Shown: one piece after another, positions 51,828 through 63,995 of the stretch
Position numbering within the stretch: the stretch's first letter is position 1
Layout: every line of letters starts with the position of its first letter
From: Mustelus asterias
Taxonomy: Eukaryota
Length of the DNA: 64,000 nt
NCBI RefSeq assembly: GCF_964213995.1
Contig: NW_027590117.1
Location: 3,162,001 to 3,226,000, forward strand
Reading direction: 5' to 3'
The notes under the pieces: generated by a model
Seen by the model: the letters and a program-made list of their open reading frames with translations, nothing else
The model's database searches: none
What the model was told of the DNA's origin: nothing
Position numbers and translations under genes: made by a program

Positions 51828-52395
51828 CACACACTATCAGAGTGAGTAAATCCCGCAATCACACACTGTATCAGAGAGTGAGTAAATCCCACACTCTCAC
51901 ACTGTATCAGAGAGTGAGTAAATCCCACACTCTCACACTGTATCAGAGAGTGAGTAAATCCCACACTCTCACACTGTATCAGAGAGTGAGTAAATCCCAC
52001 ACTCTCACACTGTATCAGAGAGTGAGTAAATCCCACACTCTCACACTGTATCAGAGAGTGAGTAAATCCCACACTCTCACACTGTATCAGAGAGTGAGTA
52101 AATCCCACACTCTCACACTGTATCAGAGAGTGAGTAAATCCCACACTCTCACACTGTATTAGAGTGAGTAAATCCCCCACACACACACTGTATCAGAGAG
52201 TGAGTAAATCCCGCACTCACACACGGTATCAGAGAGTGAGTAAATCCCACACTGTATCAGAGAGTGAGTAAATCCCACACGGTATCAGAGAGTGAGTAAA
52301 TCCCACACTCTCACACTGTATCAGAGAGTGAGTAAATCCCACACTCTCGCACTGTGTCAGAGAGTAAGTAAATCCCACACTCACGCACATTACCA
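51828..52395. repeat. Homogeneous 36-bp minisatellite
   Basis: Unit 'atcagagagtgagtaaatcccacactctcacactgt', about 15 copies, many of them perfect. Confidence 0.95.
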
Positions 52396-52573
52396 GAGAT
52401 TCACAGTTCCTGAAGGAATCCCACACTCCCGCACAGTTCTTCTGTGGAGAAGGGTCCCTCACACCGACAGCCAGGCGACATTTCCCGTTGGATCTTTTTT
52501 TTTAAGTGTTTAAATCACCATCTTTAATTTACTTAGGACAAAACAGCTTTAACTATACCCTCCATGTTCAGTG

Positions 52574-52882
52574 TCAATTTGCTGATTCAGTGACTTTATT
52601 TGGTCTGCGCCCTTGAAACAATTTTCTGTTTCTCTGAACTTGAAGCTTTGCCCCTTCAAGGAGGCGTGGTTCCTTCTGCAGTGCATTCTGAAGCCCTTCT
52701 TCTGTATTGAAGCCAACCCAACAGAATCCTCTACGAAATCCAGTCTCTTTTTCGAATGGAAGAAGACATTTCTTTACTAATCCAAACTGTCCAAAATATT
52801 CTTTGATTTCTTTGCCGGCCAGGGTCCAGGGCACCCGCGACACGAAGATCTCGAAGCTCTTTCTGGAAGGAGCCGCCGCCAT
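52574..52882 (-). CDS. SLIRP: SLIRP (SRA stem-loop-interacting RNA-binding protein, mitochondrial RRM protein), intronless retrocopy, 102 aa
   Basis: 'IFVSRVPWT...KEYFGQFG.VKKCLLPFEKETGFRRGFCWVGF..EEGLQNALQ' matches the SLIRP RRM; ATTAAA signal, A9 tail (52495..52503) and 15-bp TSD (52483..52497 / 52900..52914). Confidence 0.9.
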   Translation of the reverse strand: MAAAPSRKSFEIFVSRVPWTLAGKEIKEYFGQFGLVKKCLLPFEKETGFRRGFCWVGFNTEEGLQNALQKEPRLLEGAKLQVQRNRKLFQGRRPNKVTESAN

Positions 52883-53136
52883 CTTGTAATGGCCGCCGGT
52901 CCCGGTGGATCTTTACACACTGAGAAACTGGCGCTGGAGATTCTTTGTAAAATGTATTTCCTGATTGTGGTAAGGAGGCTTGTGATTGGCGGAAACTTCT
53001 CAATCTGATTGGTCTGTTTTCATATCCACTCAAATGAACCCCTGATAAGTGACTGTAATAACTTTCAAAATGTCGAATCACAATCATTGCTTTCCCAATT
53101 CCTCATTAGCATAGTTCTGTGGGACTGTCTATTTAC

Positions 53137-53259
53137 GGTAAGAAGTTTAATAACACCAGGTTAAAGTCCAACAGGTTTATTTGGTAGCAAAAGCCACACA
53201 AGCTTTCGAAGCTCTAAGCCCCTTCTTCAGGTGAGTGGGAATTCTGTTCACAAACAGAG
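53137..53259 (-). mobile_element. Solo PLE pLTR fragment with intact minimal hammerhead, inside the H2B promoter
   Basis: 'aacaccaggttaaagtccaacaggtttatttggtagc'; minus strand CAC-CTGAAGA-AGGGGC-TTAGA-GCTTC-GAAA-GC-TT-GTG. Confidence 0.85.
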
Positions 53260-53333
53260 TTTAGAAAGACAAAACAAAGTTTATTTAATCAGCGCTCGGA
53301 AGGGGTTTGCTTTATTTCTGTGTGAAATTGAAC

Positions 53334-53720
53334 ATGGCTGATGAGAAGAAACCAACATCGAAACCAGCTCCCAAGAAGGGGGCGAAGAAAGTGATTAAGA
53401 AACCGGGAGCAAAGGGCGGCAAGAAGCGACGAAAGTCGAGGAAGGAGAGTTACTCCATCTACATCTACAAAGTGATGAAGCAGGTTCACCCCGACACCGG
53501 CATCTCTTCCAAGGCCATGAGCATCATGAACTCGTTCGTGAACGATATTTTCGAGCGCATCGCGGGTGAGGCTTCCCGCCTGGCCCATTACAACAAGCGC
53601 AGCACCATCAGCTCCCGGGAGATCCAGACCGCCGTGCGCCTGCTGCTGCCCGGGGAACTGGCCAAGCACGCCGTGTCGGAAGGTACAAAGGCGGTGACCA
53701 AGTACACCAGCTCCAAGTAA
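53334..53720 (+). CDS. H2B: Histone H2B (copy 2), 128 aa
   Basis: [16 protein letters not shown]...[10 protein letters not shown]; ATG at 53334. Confidence 0.98.
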   Translation: MADEKKPTSKPAPKKGAKKVIKKPGAKGGKKRRKSRKESYSIYIYKVMKQVHPDTGISSKAMSIMNSFVNDIFERIAGEASRLAHYNKRSTISSREIQTAVRLLLPGELAKHAVSEGTKAVTKYTSSK

Positions 53721-53756
53721 AACTCCCCATGGACTGAAAAACACTCCAAACACAAC

Positions 53757-53797
53757 GGCTCTTTTAAGAGCCACCCACAATCTCTGTGAAAAAGCTG
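53757..53797 (+). terminator. Histone 3' stem-loop and HDE (H2B copy 2)
   Basis: GGCTCTTTTAAGAGCC at 53757..53772, ACCCA, then AAAAAGCTG. Confidence 0.95.
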
Positions 53798-55041
53798 CGC
53801 CATCTTTTCCCTTATTGAGTGAATGAGAAATGTCTTTCTGGAGGACAGAGATTTGTCCCGGTGCAGAATGCTGTGAATGGGACTTCATACCCGCCCCTCA
53901 CACACACTTTCACATTGAAGGGACAATCAAACTGAACTGAGAGCGTATTTTAAATCCCAGTCTGGGGATTGTCACGGACAATGGGGAGAAAGAATATCAG
54001 GAGGTAATTATTTAAATTTATTTATAACTATATTCAGAGTTTCACGACCCTGAATTAATTTTTTTTTCTCGGTTGATCTGGGAGCAGCTCCCGCAACAGA
54101 GTAAAGGCGGGAATGAAGAGGTTATTCTCGGGCTGATCTGTTTATTCCGCAGCTTTCCCAGAGGACGGAATCAGCCAGATCTGTGCACACACAGGACCTG
54201 AGTACATTGCAGCGCTTTAAGATCTGCCTCCCCCCCCGGCCTCCCTATTCTCCGGACACAAAGCTGCCTGTTCCACCGGCGGGATCGGGCCGGGGATTCT
54301 CTCCGCACTTCCCATTGTAACATTCCCGGCCGCTTTCAGGGGAGAGGATCAGAAATCAGCCGTTTCCCTCTGTCCCTGTGAAGCCTGTGTGAAGGGGTTG
54401 GTTGGTAATCTCTTCGTTTCTGCTTTTCCACTGAGCTGAGATTTGCTCCGTTTTAAATTGCTGAACGGGGTCTGATTACCGCGGGTTATAGATAAGAGAT
54501 TGAGAAATTCAAACTGTTCCTAAAATAGCGCCAGGATTCTGTGAGGGAAAATACAATAAACAGATTATAAAGTGTGAGATTGAAATAGTTTCCTGAACAT
54601 TCAGGCGTTCCGTTATTTTGTATTTTTCCTGCACTGAAATTGGTGGGTTTTCCAGTTTGAAAATGTGAACCAATCAAAACCTCCCATTTCTTCTCCCTGG
54701 CTCTCCCATTGGTTAAGAATGTGATTGAAATGTGAGTGACCAATCAGAGCTGGAGTCTGGCTGCAGCCTCGCAAACCGCTCACAATGATTATTAATAGAG
54801 ATTAAACTGACGGAATCTGGATTTGAGATATTAAATGTACTTTGTTTCCACAGATAAATATTTGACAGATCCAAAACAAACGTGATATTTCCTCCACACA
54901 AGTTACAGGGGAAATTGTCGCCAACTCCTTCTCACACACAGTCCGTACATTGTCACTGACAGCTCAGAGACAATGATCAATTCCACAGACCCAAACAGCA
55001 GGAGAGACAGATGATGTGCCTATTTGACAGCTCGTTCTCGT

Positions 55042-55117
55042 ACCAGAATGGTCGAGTGGTTAAGGCTTAAGATCCAATGGCCATATGTCTGCGTGGGTTC
55101 GAACCCCACTCCTGGTA
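55042..55117 (+). pseudogene. tRNA-Leu(TAA)-derived gene/pseudogene with 7-nt deletion in the anticodon stem
   Basis: ACCAGAATGGTCGAGTGGTTAAGGC[GTTGGAC missing]TTAAGATCCAATGG...GGTTCGAACCCCACTCCTGGTA; A and B boxes and a TTTTT terminator (55124..55128) retained. Confidence 0.85.
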
Positions 55118-55306
55118 AATGAATTTTTAACACTACAGTCTGCACCCTCTCCTTTCCTTCTCCCCTCTACTCTATGAACGGTATGATTCGTCCGTTTTAC
55201 GCAAGAAGCAATACCTTTCACTGTATACCAATACATCAAAACAAACTCAGTGCCATTGATAGGGGGATCCATAAATCCCAGTCCAAATTCTCACCTAATA
55301 TTGGAT

Positions 55307-55660
55307 CATAGAATCATAGAAAGAATCATAGAAACCCTGCAGTGCAGAAGGAGGCCATTCGGCCCATCGAGTCTGCACCGACCACAATCCCACCCAGGCC
55401 CTACCCCCACATATTTTACCCACTAATCCCTCTAACCTACGCATCCCAGGACTCTAAGGGGCAATTTTTTTAACCTGGCCAATCAACCTAACCCGCACAT
55501 CTTTGGACTGTGGGAGGAAACCGGAGCACCCGGAGGAAACCCACGCAGACACGAGGAGAATGTGCAAACTCCACACAGACAGTGACCCGAGCCGGGAATC
55601 GAACCCGGGACCCTGGAGCTGTGCAGCAGCAGTGCTAACCACTGTGCTACCGTGCCGCCC
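55307..55660 (-). mobile_element. Full-length young HE1/V-SINE-like SINE
   Basis: Near identical to 8151..8497; absent from the paralogous site near 36020. Confidence 0.9.
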
Positions 55661-57229
55661 ATCACTGTGTCAATCCCACAATAGAGCAGCCACAGCTCCA
55701 AATTCAATATCTGATCAAACTGACAAATGGTTTTCGGTTAAAAGTTACACAATGCACCTTAATAATGTGCACTGAGATTCGAGTTAAATACCACCCACAT
55801 CAGGGGTTTAAAAGTGGCCCATAGTTTGTATCCTCACAAATACATTCGATACAAAGCCTCATCTCAAATACATTCTCAGATTGAGATATTCTGAGGGCTC
55901 GTATAACCTGAGATACAAATTCAGATTTCAGTTGAAAATTCACCCAGATTATGAAACTTAAAGTTACAATATCAATTTGATTACTTTGAATTGAACTATA
56001 GCTTATTAACTAATCCTAACTCCCCACTCACACTGAGCAAGATGGACGATACTACATGAATTCCAGACTGAGTTTCCTTTTACATTCATGTCAAAATTCT
56101 TACTCAGAATCAGACTGAGTGTCACAGATCAAATCAATGTGAACAACCTGAGTGAAGCTTGCATAGCAATCCCGTATCAGATTGAAGGATACACTATCTT
56201 TCACAATTGTGTTCAGAGTGACACAGATTTAATGTTGGGCCGAAATTCACACACATTGTTTGCTTCAAACCTACCACACCAGTGGCCTGTTGCTTTGCTG
56301 GAAATTTATATAGAATGAATCCAAACTTATAAATAGATTGAAGATTACATGATGAATCCCATGCTCACACTGAGTCATAGAGTCTGACAGACACACGATA
56401 ATTCTCAAACATGTGCTCAGTGTTAGATGAATGAATCTCATGCTGCACATGCAGCACCAGAGACTGAAAGTTACATCTGATTATCACACTTACATAGCAG
56501 TATCCCAGACACTTGAGTACCAGTGACAGATTCAGAATGATCCCACACTCACACACATTATGACAGTCTGACCAATACACATGATTTGCACCCTTTAGAA
56601 ACAGCAGCAGATATACTCAGATGCTGAATGAACCCCACTGTATGGTACCAGAAACAGAAACATAAATCCTACCCTAATATTCCATCTTTGTGACAGATCA
56701 GAATGCCTGCCAAACTCATACAATTTCAGAGAATACTGAATACTGCACTCGTGCGGTACCAGAAAGATTCCTATTCAGAATTGTGTTTAAATTCATATAC
56801 AATAGCACTGACTGATAGTCACACACACAAACACACACACACTAACTGAAATGGAGTCTTTAAGCCAAAGGTAGATAGATTGTTGATAAACAAAGACTAA
56901 AAGGTATTAAGTTTAGACAGGAGTGTGGAGTCGATGTTCAAATCAGATCAGCCATGATGTAATAGAATGGAGGAGCAGACTCGAGTGTTCTATTCCTGCT
57001 CAGAATTTGAATGTTCACGCATGCTATTCTTAAGAGATTCAGAATGAGTCCCAAATTCACGTGCAATATCAGAAAGTAACTGATGGACAAAATCCCTTGC
57101 TCAACTACTGTTCCAAACACAGGCTCAAACAATGATGCAACATACATCCTGCAGCAGAAAATGCAAGATACATATGACATATGGTACAGATATATTGCAC
57201 CAGAGAATGAGAGATACAGAATGAATCCA

Positions 57230-58160
57230 GCCACAATGAAGGAACAGCAATATATTTCCAAGTGAGAATGGTAAGTGACTTGGAGGGTAAGGTCCATTTA
57301 ATGGTGTTTCCATGAGTCAACTGTTCTTGTCCTTCTCTCGACGGTAGTGCTCTTTGGTTTGAAAGATGCTACTGAAGGAAGCTTTGTGAGTTCCAGTAGC
57401 TCATCTTGGAGGTAGTAAGTACTGCTGCCACTGTGTGTCAGTGGTCAAGGGCATGTGTGTTTACAGATGGGATGTCAATCATGAGGGATGCTTTGTCCGG
57501 GATGGTGTCAAACCTCTTGAGTGTTGCTGGTGCTGCATTAACCCAGGCAAGTGGAGATTAATCCATCATACTCCTGATTTGTGCCTGGTAGATGGTGAAT
57601 AGTGTTTGGCAGTCAGGATCTTTGTTACTCACCATGGGATTTTGTGTCTCTGACCTGCCTTGTAGCCCTTGTATTACATCGCTAGTCCAATTGAAGGTAA
57701 TCACAAAGATATTGATATAATTTCATTTAATGTCAAGGGACAATGGTTAGATTCTCTCTTGCTGGAAATGGTCTTGGTCTGGTACATGTGTGGTGTGATT
57801 GTTATTTGCCACTTCTCAGCCCAAGCTTGGATACTGTCCAGTTCTTGCTGCATTTGCGAGTGGGCTGCTTCGGTAACTGAAGAGTCCTGAATGGTGCTAA
57901 ACATTGCACAGTCATCAGCGAGCATCTCCAGTTCTGACCTTATGGTGGAAGGGTCTGGGACAGTAACTTGACAAACTCGGGAAATGATCTCCTGAGGATG
58001 AAATGACTGACCACCACAACCATCTTACTTTATGCTGGATAAAGTTCCAACCAGTGGAGAGGTTTCCATGATTCCCATCGACTTTGCTTTTGCTGAGGAT
58101 CCTTGATGCTGAACTCGGTCAAATCCTGTTTTGATGTCGAGGGCAGTCACTCTCATCTCA
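57230..58160 (-). mobile_element. Decayed LINE RT 3' fragment (CR1/L2 group)
   Basis: ORF 57701..57925 'MLADDCAMFSTI...QQELDSIQAWAEKWQ'. Confidence 0.6.
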
Positions 58161-58319
58161 TCTCAGAGGATCGTTAGTCAGTGGAATTCCCTTCCCCAGA
58201 CAACAGTTGAGGCTGGATCATTGAATATGTTCTAGGCTGAATTAGACAGATTATACAAGGGAGTGAATGGTTGCTGCAAAAGTTCAAAAAGTCGATTTGC
58301 AGCCACAATGATTTCCTTG

Positions 58320-58648
58320 GTCCATTCATAGGATGTGTGCATCACTGGCCAGCATTTATTACCCATCCACGGATCGAGTCAACCACATTGCTGTCGCTCT
58401 GAAGTCACATGGAGGCCACACAAGATAATTTCATCAGATTTCCTGCCCTAAAGCACATTAGTGAACCAGATGGATTTTTCCAACAATGGTTCCATCGCCA
58501 TCACTAGATTCTTATTTTCAAATTACTTTTTATTGACATCAAATTCGACCATCTGCTGTGGAGGGTTTCGAACCTGGGTGCCCAGAACATTAGCTGAGTT
58601 TCCAGATTAATAGTCTAGCGATGATACCTCGAGACCATCGCCTCCCCT
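58320..58648 (-). mobile_element. DeuSINE-like SINE
   Basis: Colinear with 17888..18254. Confidence 0.7.
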
Positions 58649-59249
58649 TCTTGAATGATGGTGCAGGACTGAGGGGCTGAATGGCCTGACTCCTGTCCAT
58701 ATTTCTAATATGATAGTAACCGTCATAATTGATTCCATTTTATTTTGATTTTTGGTTTTCATCTTTATTTTCTCTTGATTTTGCTTTCAGCTGGCAGCTG
58801 TTCATCATTCTTCCATTCACACCTCCTTCAGACACATCTCTGTTTGCTGTTACTTGTTCCTTTCCCACTCCCTTGCAGCACCAATTATTTTATTACTTAA
58901 TCACTCCTGCCCTCCACCTTGCTTTGGAAAGCACAAGACAAAAGGTTCCACTAATTTCAGTAATGAGGCGGGAGCAGGATAAATTAATAATCTGACAGTA
59001 AATAAACATCAAACACTGAGTGACCGCAATATGTTAGAGGCAGACATTCAGTGCGTGGAGAAAGGACACACGCAGGTCACAGTTTTGACCTTAAGTAAGG
59101 CCGAGAAGGGTGAAATGTGTTGTAAACTGTACATGTTAAAATCCGTCCAGCTGTGAAGAGGCGAATCAAGGGAACAATCAGAGAGACTGAAAAAAGTATT
59201 TCATACAATGTGTATCTAATGAAAGCCTGAAGAAAGGAAACTTCACGTT

Positions 59250-59811
59250 CTCTCTGCTTTGGAACTGTGCTCTCTGCTGTGGAACTGTCTTCTCTGCTGT
59301 GGAACTGTGCTCTCTGCTGTGGAACTGTGCTCTCCGCTGTGGAACTGTGCTCTCCGCTGTGGAACTGTGCTCTCCGCTGTGGAACTGTGATCTCTGCTGT
59401 GGAACTGTGATCTGTGCTATGGAACTGTGCTCTCTGCTGTGGAACTGTGCTCTCTGCTGTGGAACTGTGCTCTCTGCTGTGGAACTGTGCCCTCTACTGT
59501 GGAACTGTGATTCCTGCTGTGGAACTGTGCTCTCTGCTGTGGAACTGTGCTCTCTGCTGTGGAACTGTGCTCTCTGCTGTGGAACTGTGCTCTCTGCTGT
59601 GGAACTGTGATATCTGCTGTGGAACTGTGATCCCTGCTGTGGAACTGTGATCCTTGCTGTGGAACTGTGCTGTCTGCTGTGGAACTGTGATCTCCGCTGT
59701 GAAACTCATTTCCCTGTTGTGGAAAAGTACTCTCTGCTGTGGAACTGTGCTCTCTGCTGTCAAACTGTGATCTCTGCTGTGGAACTGTGCTCTCTGCTGT
59801 GAAACTGTGCT
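59250..59811. repeat. 20-bp minisatellite
   Basis: Unit 'ggaactgtgctctctgctgt', ~28 copies. Confidence 0.97.
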
Positions 59812-61164
59812 CAGGGGTAACATTTTCCACTCTCCAAACTGCTGAGACTGTTAAAGAATGTAGACAATGTTGGATCCATTCTTCCCATTGCCACTTCCTT
59901 TCGTATCCTGTGATGTAGATTATTGGGCCTTGGAGATTTTGCAGCCCTCAGTCCCATTAATTTCTCCAGCACTATATATTTTAGTAATATTAAATCCCCC
60001 CAATTTCTAGACCATGGTTCCCGAGCATTGCTGGGAAGTTATTTGTGTGTTCCTCCATGAAGACAGCATGAAAACACTTATTTAATTGCGCTGCCATTAC
60101 CTTGTTCTCCGTTATAAATTTGCCCATATCCGAATGCAAAGCACCTAAATTTGTCTTTGTTATATTTTTTCACACACGAACATAAGCTTTAATAGTCCAA
60201 TTGTAAGCGACTTGCAAGTTCACTCTCCTACAGCATTTTATCCCTCTAATCAATCTCTTTATCCTCCTTTCCTAAAATAAAAACTGTTCCCAATCCTTGG
60301 GATTGCAACTTTTTCTTTCAACTTTATAAAAATCATCATCAGATCTAATAATACGTAATTTTATTAGCCATGATTAGGTCATTTTTCCTGTTATGTTTCT
60401 GCGACTGAAGGAAATGTACAACTGTTACAATGCAAGCATTTCTTCCTTAAATATCAGACACTGCCTATCCACCTTCGTGCCCCTTCATCGAGTTTCCCAA
60501 TCTATTTTAGCCAACTCACCTGTAATACATTCTGAGTTTCCGTTGTTTAGAGCTGGGACTTCAGTTTAAGCTTGGATTTGAATCTTTGTTCTGACTGAAG
60601 ACAGGTGTTTCACAAAGCAGACACTCAGTCTATCCAATCTAGAGCAAACCACATTGTGAGCATTGAATGTATTCTACCAAATTGAAACATAAAACGTTCA
60701 GATACATCAATATTTCTCCTGGCCGTATAATTAAGGTCTTGAACAATGCGTACTGATAATGGAGCTTTCCATTTGAGAAATTCTGATATTTCTTCCTTTT
60801 TCCTCAGCCACTGATCTCCCCACTCTGTGGCTGACAGCATTCTCATCTGTGTCCGCTCTTGTCCCACACCTCTGCTCTCACCCCGTCTCTATATTCTCTG
60901 TATTATGATAATGCTTTCTCCTTTAAATTACCAACTTCTTCAATGGATTAGCTCTCATTGAATGTTTTTAAGGCAAGGATAGATAAATTTTTGAACAGTA
61001 AAGGAATTAAGGGTTATGGTGAGCGGGTGGGTAAGTGGAGCTGAGTCCACAAAAAGATCAGCCAAGATCTTATTGACTGGCGGAGCAGCCTCGAGGGGAC
61101 AGATGGCCTACTTCTACTCCTAGTTCTTATGTTCTTCATCCCACATTCATACACAATAAATGAT

Positions 61165-63995
61165 TGTGAGAGAGTAAATTTCACACACACACACAGTAAT
61201 AGATTGAGAGAGAATTAATTCCAGACTGCCACACAGTAATACACTGAGAGTTATTTCCACTCTCGCACACATTAATAGATTGAGAGAGTGTTAATTCCGC
61301 ACCGACACACGGTAATAGATTGAGAGGGAGTTAATTCCACACTGACACACAGTAATATGTTGAGACAGAGAGGTAAATTCATACTGACATACAGTAATAG
61401 ATTGAGAGGGAGATAATTCCACACTCATACATAGAAAATTACAGCACAGGAACAGGCCCTTCGGCCCTCCAAGCCTGCAACGACCATGCTGTCTGACTCA
61501 ACTAAAACCCCCTACGCTTCCGGGGACCATATCCCTCTATTCCCATCTCATTCATGTACTTGTCAAGACACCCCTTAAAAATCACTACCGTATCCGCTTC
61601 CACTCCCTCCCCCGGCAACGTGTTCCAGGCACCCACCACTCTCTGTGTAAAGAATCTGCCTCATATATCTCTTTTAAAACTTGCCCGTCGCACCTTAAAC
61701 CTATGCCCCCTATTAATTGACTCTTCCACCCTGGGAAAAAGCTTCTCACTATCCACTCTGTCCATGCTTCTCATAATCTTGTAGACTTCTATCAGGTCTC
61801 TCCTCACCCTCCGTCACTCCAGTGAGAACAAACCAAGTTTCTCCAACCTCTCCTCATAACTAATGCCCTCCATACCAGGCAGCATCCTGGTAAATCTTTT
61901 CTGTACCCTCTCCAAAGCCTCCACATCCTTCTGGTAGTGTTGCGAACAGAATTGAACACTATATTCCAAGTGCGGCCTCACTAAGGTTCTATAAAGCGTC
62001 AACATGACTTGCCAATTTTTAAACTCAATACCCCGGCCGATGAAGGCAAGCATGCCGTATGCCTTCTTGACTACCTTCGCCACCTGCATTGGCACTTTCC
62101 GTGACCTGTGTACCTGTACACCCAGATCCCTTTGCCTATCAATACTCCTAAGGGTTCTGCCATTTACTGTATATTTCCTATCTGTATTAGACCTTCCAAA
62201 ATGCATTACCTCACATTTGTCTGGATTAAATTCCATCTGCCATCTCTCCGCCCAAGTCTCCAACTGATCTATATCCTGCTGTATCCTCTGATGGTCCTCA
62301 TCGCTATCCACAAATCCACCAACCTTTGTGTCGTCGACAATCTTACTAATCAATCCAGTTACATTTTCCTCCAAATCATTTATATATATTACAAACAGCA
62401 AAGGTCCCAGCACTGATCCCTGAGGAACACCACCACCCCAAGCAATAGATTGAGAGACTGTTAATCCCACAGTCACACACAATGAATGATTGAGAGAGAG
62501 TGAATTCCACACCGACACACAGTAATAGATTGAGAGGGAATTAATTCCACACTCTCACAAACAAATAGATTGAGAGAGTTAATTCAACACACACACACTG
62601 TAATAGATTGAGACAGAGAGCTAATTCCACACTGACATACAGTAATAGATTAAGAGGGAGATAATTCCACACTCTCTCTGTTTTGGATTGCGAGAGAGAT
62701 GATTCCACACTGAGACACAGTAATAGATTGAGAGAGTTAATTTCACATTCACACACACTAATAGACTGAGAGAGTTAATTCAACACACACACACTGTAAT
62801 AGATTGAGACAGAGAGCTAATTCCACTGTGACATACAGTAATAGATTGAGAGAGAGAGAATTCCACACACTCACACAGTTATAGATTGAGAGAGAGTTAA
62901 TTCCACACTCATACAAGTAATAGATTGAGGGACCGTTAATCCCACAGTCACACACACAAATGATTGAGAGGGAGTGAATTCCACTCCGACACATAGTAAT
63001 AGATTCAGAGAGAGTTAATTCCAGACTGACACAGTAATAAATTGAGAGAGTTATTTCCATTCTCTCACACAGTAATAGATTGAGAGAGAGTTAGTTCCAC
63101 ACTCAGACACACTAATCGATTGAGAGAGTTATTTCCACACCCATACACACCAATAGATTGAGAGAGAGTTATTCTACGTTCCCACACAGTAATAGATTCA
63201 GAAAGAGTCAATTCCACACTGACACTGTAATAGATTGAGCGAGAGTTAATTCCACATTCACACACAGGAATAGATTGCGAGTTAATTCCATGCTCTCTCA
63301 CAGCAACAGATTGAGAGAGAGTTAATTCCATGCTCTCTCACAGCAACAGATTGAGAGAGAGTTAATTCCACACTGACACAGGAATAGATTGTGAGAGAGT
63401 TAATTCCACACTGACACAGGAATAGATTGAGAGAGAGTTAATTCAACACTCTCTCACAGTCATAGATTGAGAGTTAATTCCACACCCTCACACAGTAATA
63501 GATTGAGAGGGAGTTAATTCCACACTGACACACAGTAATAGAGTGAGAGAGAGAGATAAATCGACACTCTCACACAATAAAAAATTGAGAGAGAGTGAAT
63601 CCACACAGACACACAGTAATAGATTGAGAGAGTTTATTCCACACTGACACACAGTAATAGATTGAGAGAGAGTTAATTCCCCACACACACAGTAATAGAT
63701 TGAGAGAGTTTATTCCACACTGACACACAGTAATAGATTGAGAGAGAGTTAATTCCCCACACACACAGTAATAGATTGAGAGAGTTTATTCCACACTGAC
63801 ATACAGTAATAGATTGAGAGAGAGATAATTCCACACTCACACAGGTGATAGATTGAGGGACCGTTAATCCCAGTCACACACAAATGATTGACAGGGAGTG
63901 ATTTCCAATCCGACACATAGTAATAGATTCAGAGAGAGTTAATTCCAGACTGACACAGTAAGAAATTGAGAGTTATTTACACACACACACACAGG
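61165..63995 (-). repeat. Satellite array (same ~36-40-bp family as 30935..33200, opposite orientation), interrupted by a CR1 fragment
   Basis: Unit 'cacacagtaatagattgagagagttaattccacact' is the reverse complement of the 31-33 kb unit. Confidence 0.93.
61430..62440 (-). mobile_element. CR1-like LINE 3' end inserted in satellite
   Basis: ORF 61814..62518 '[20 protein letters not shown]...LVRPHLEYSVQF' plus 3' tail. Confidence 0.88.

Noticed and set aside
51821-52186. ORFs with 12-aa repeats (also 59299..59830 and 62541..63764)
   Set aside because: These are translations of minisatellite units with no evidence of coding function
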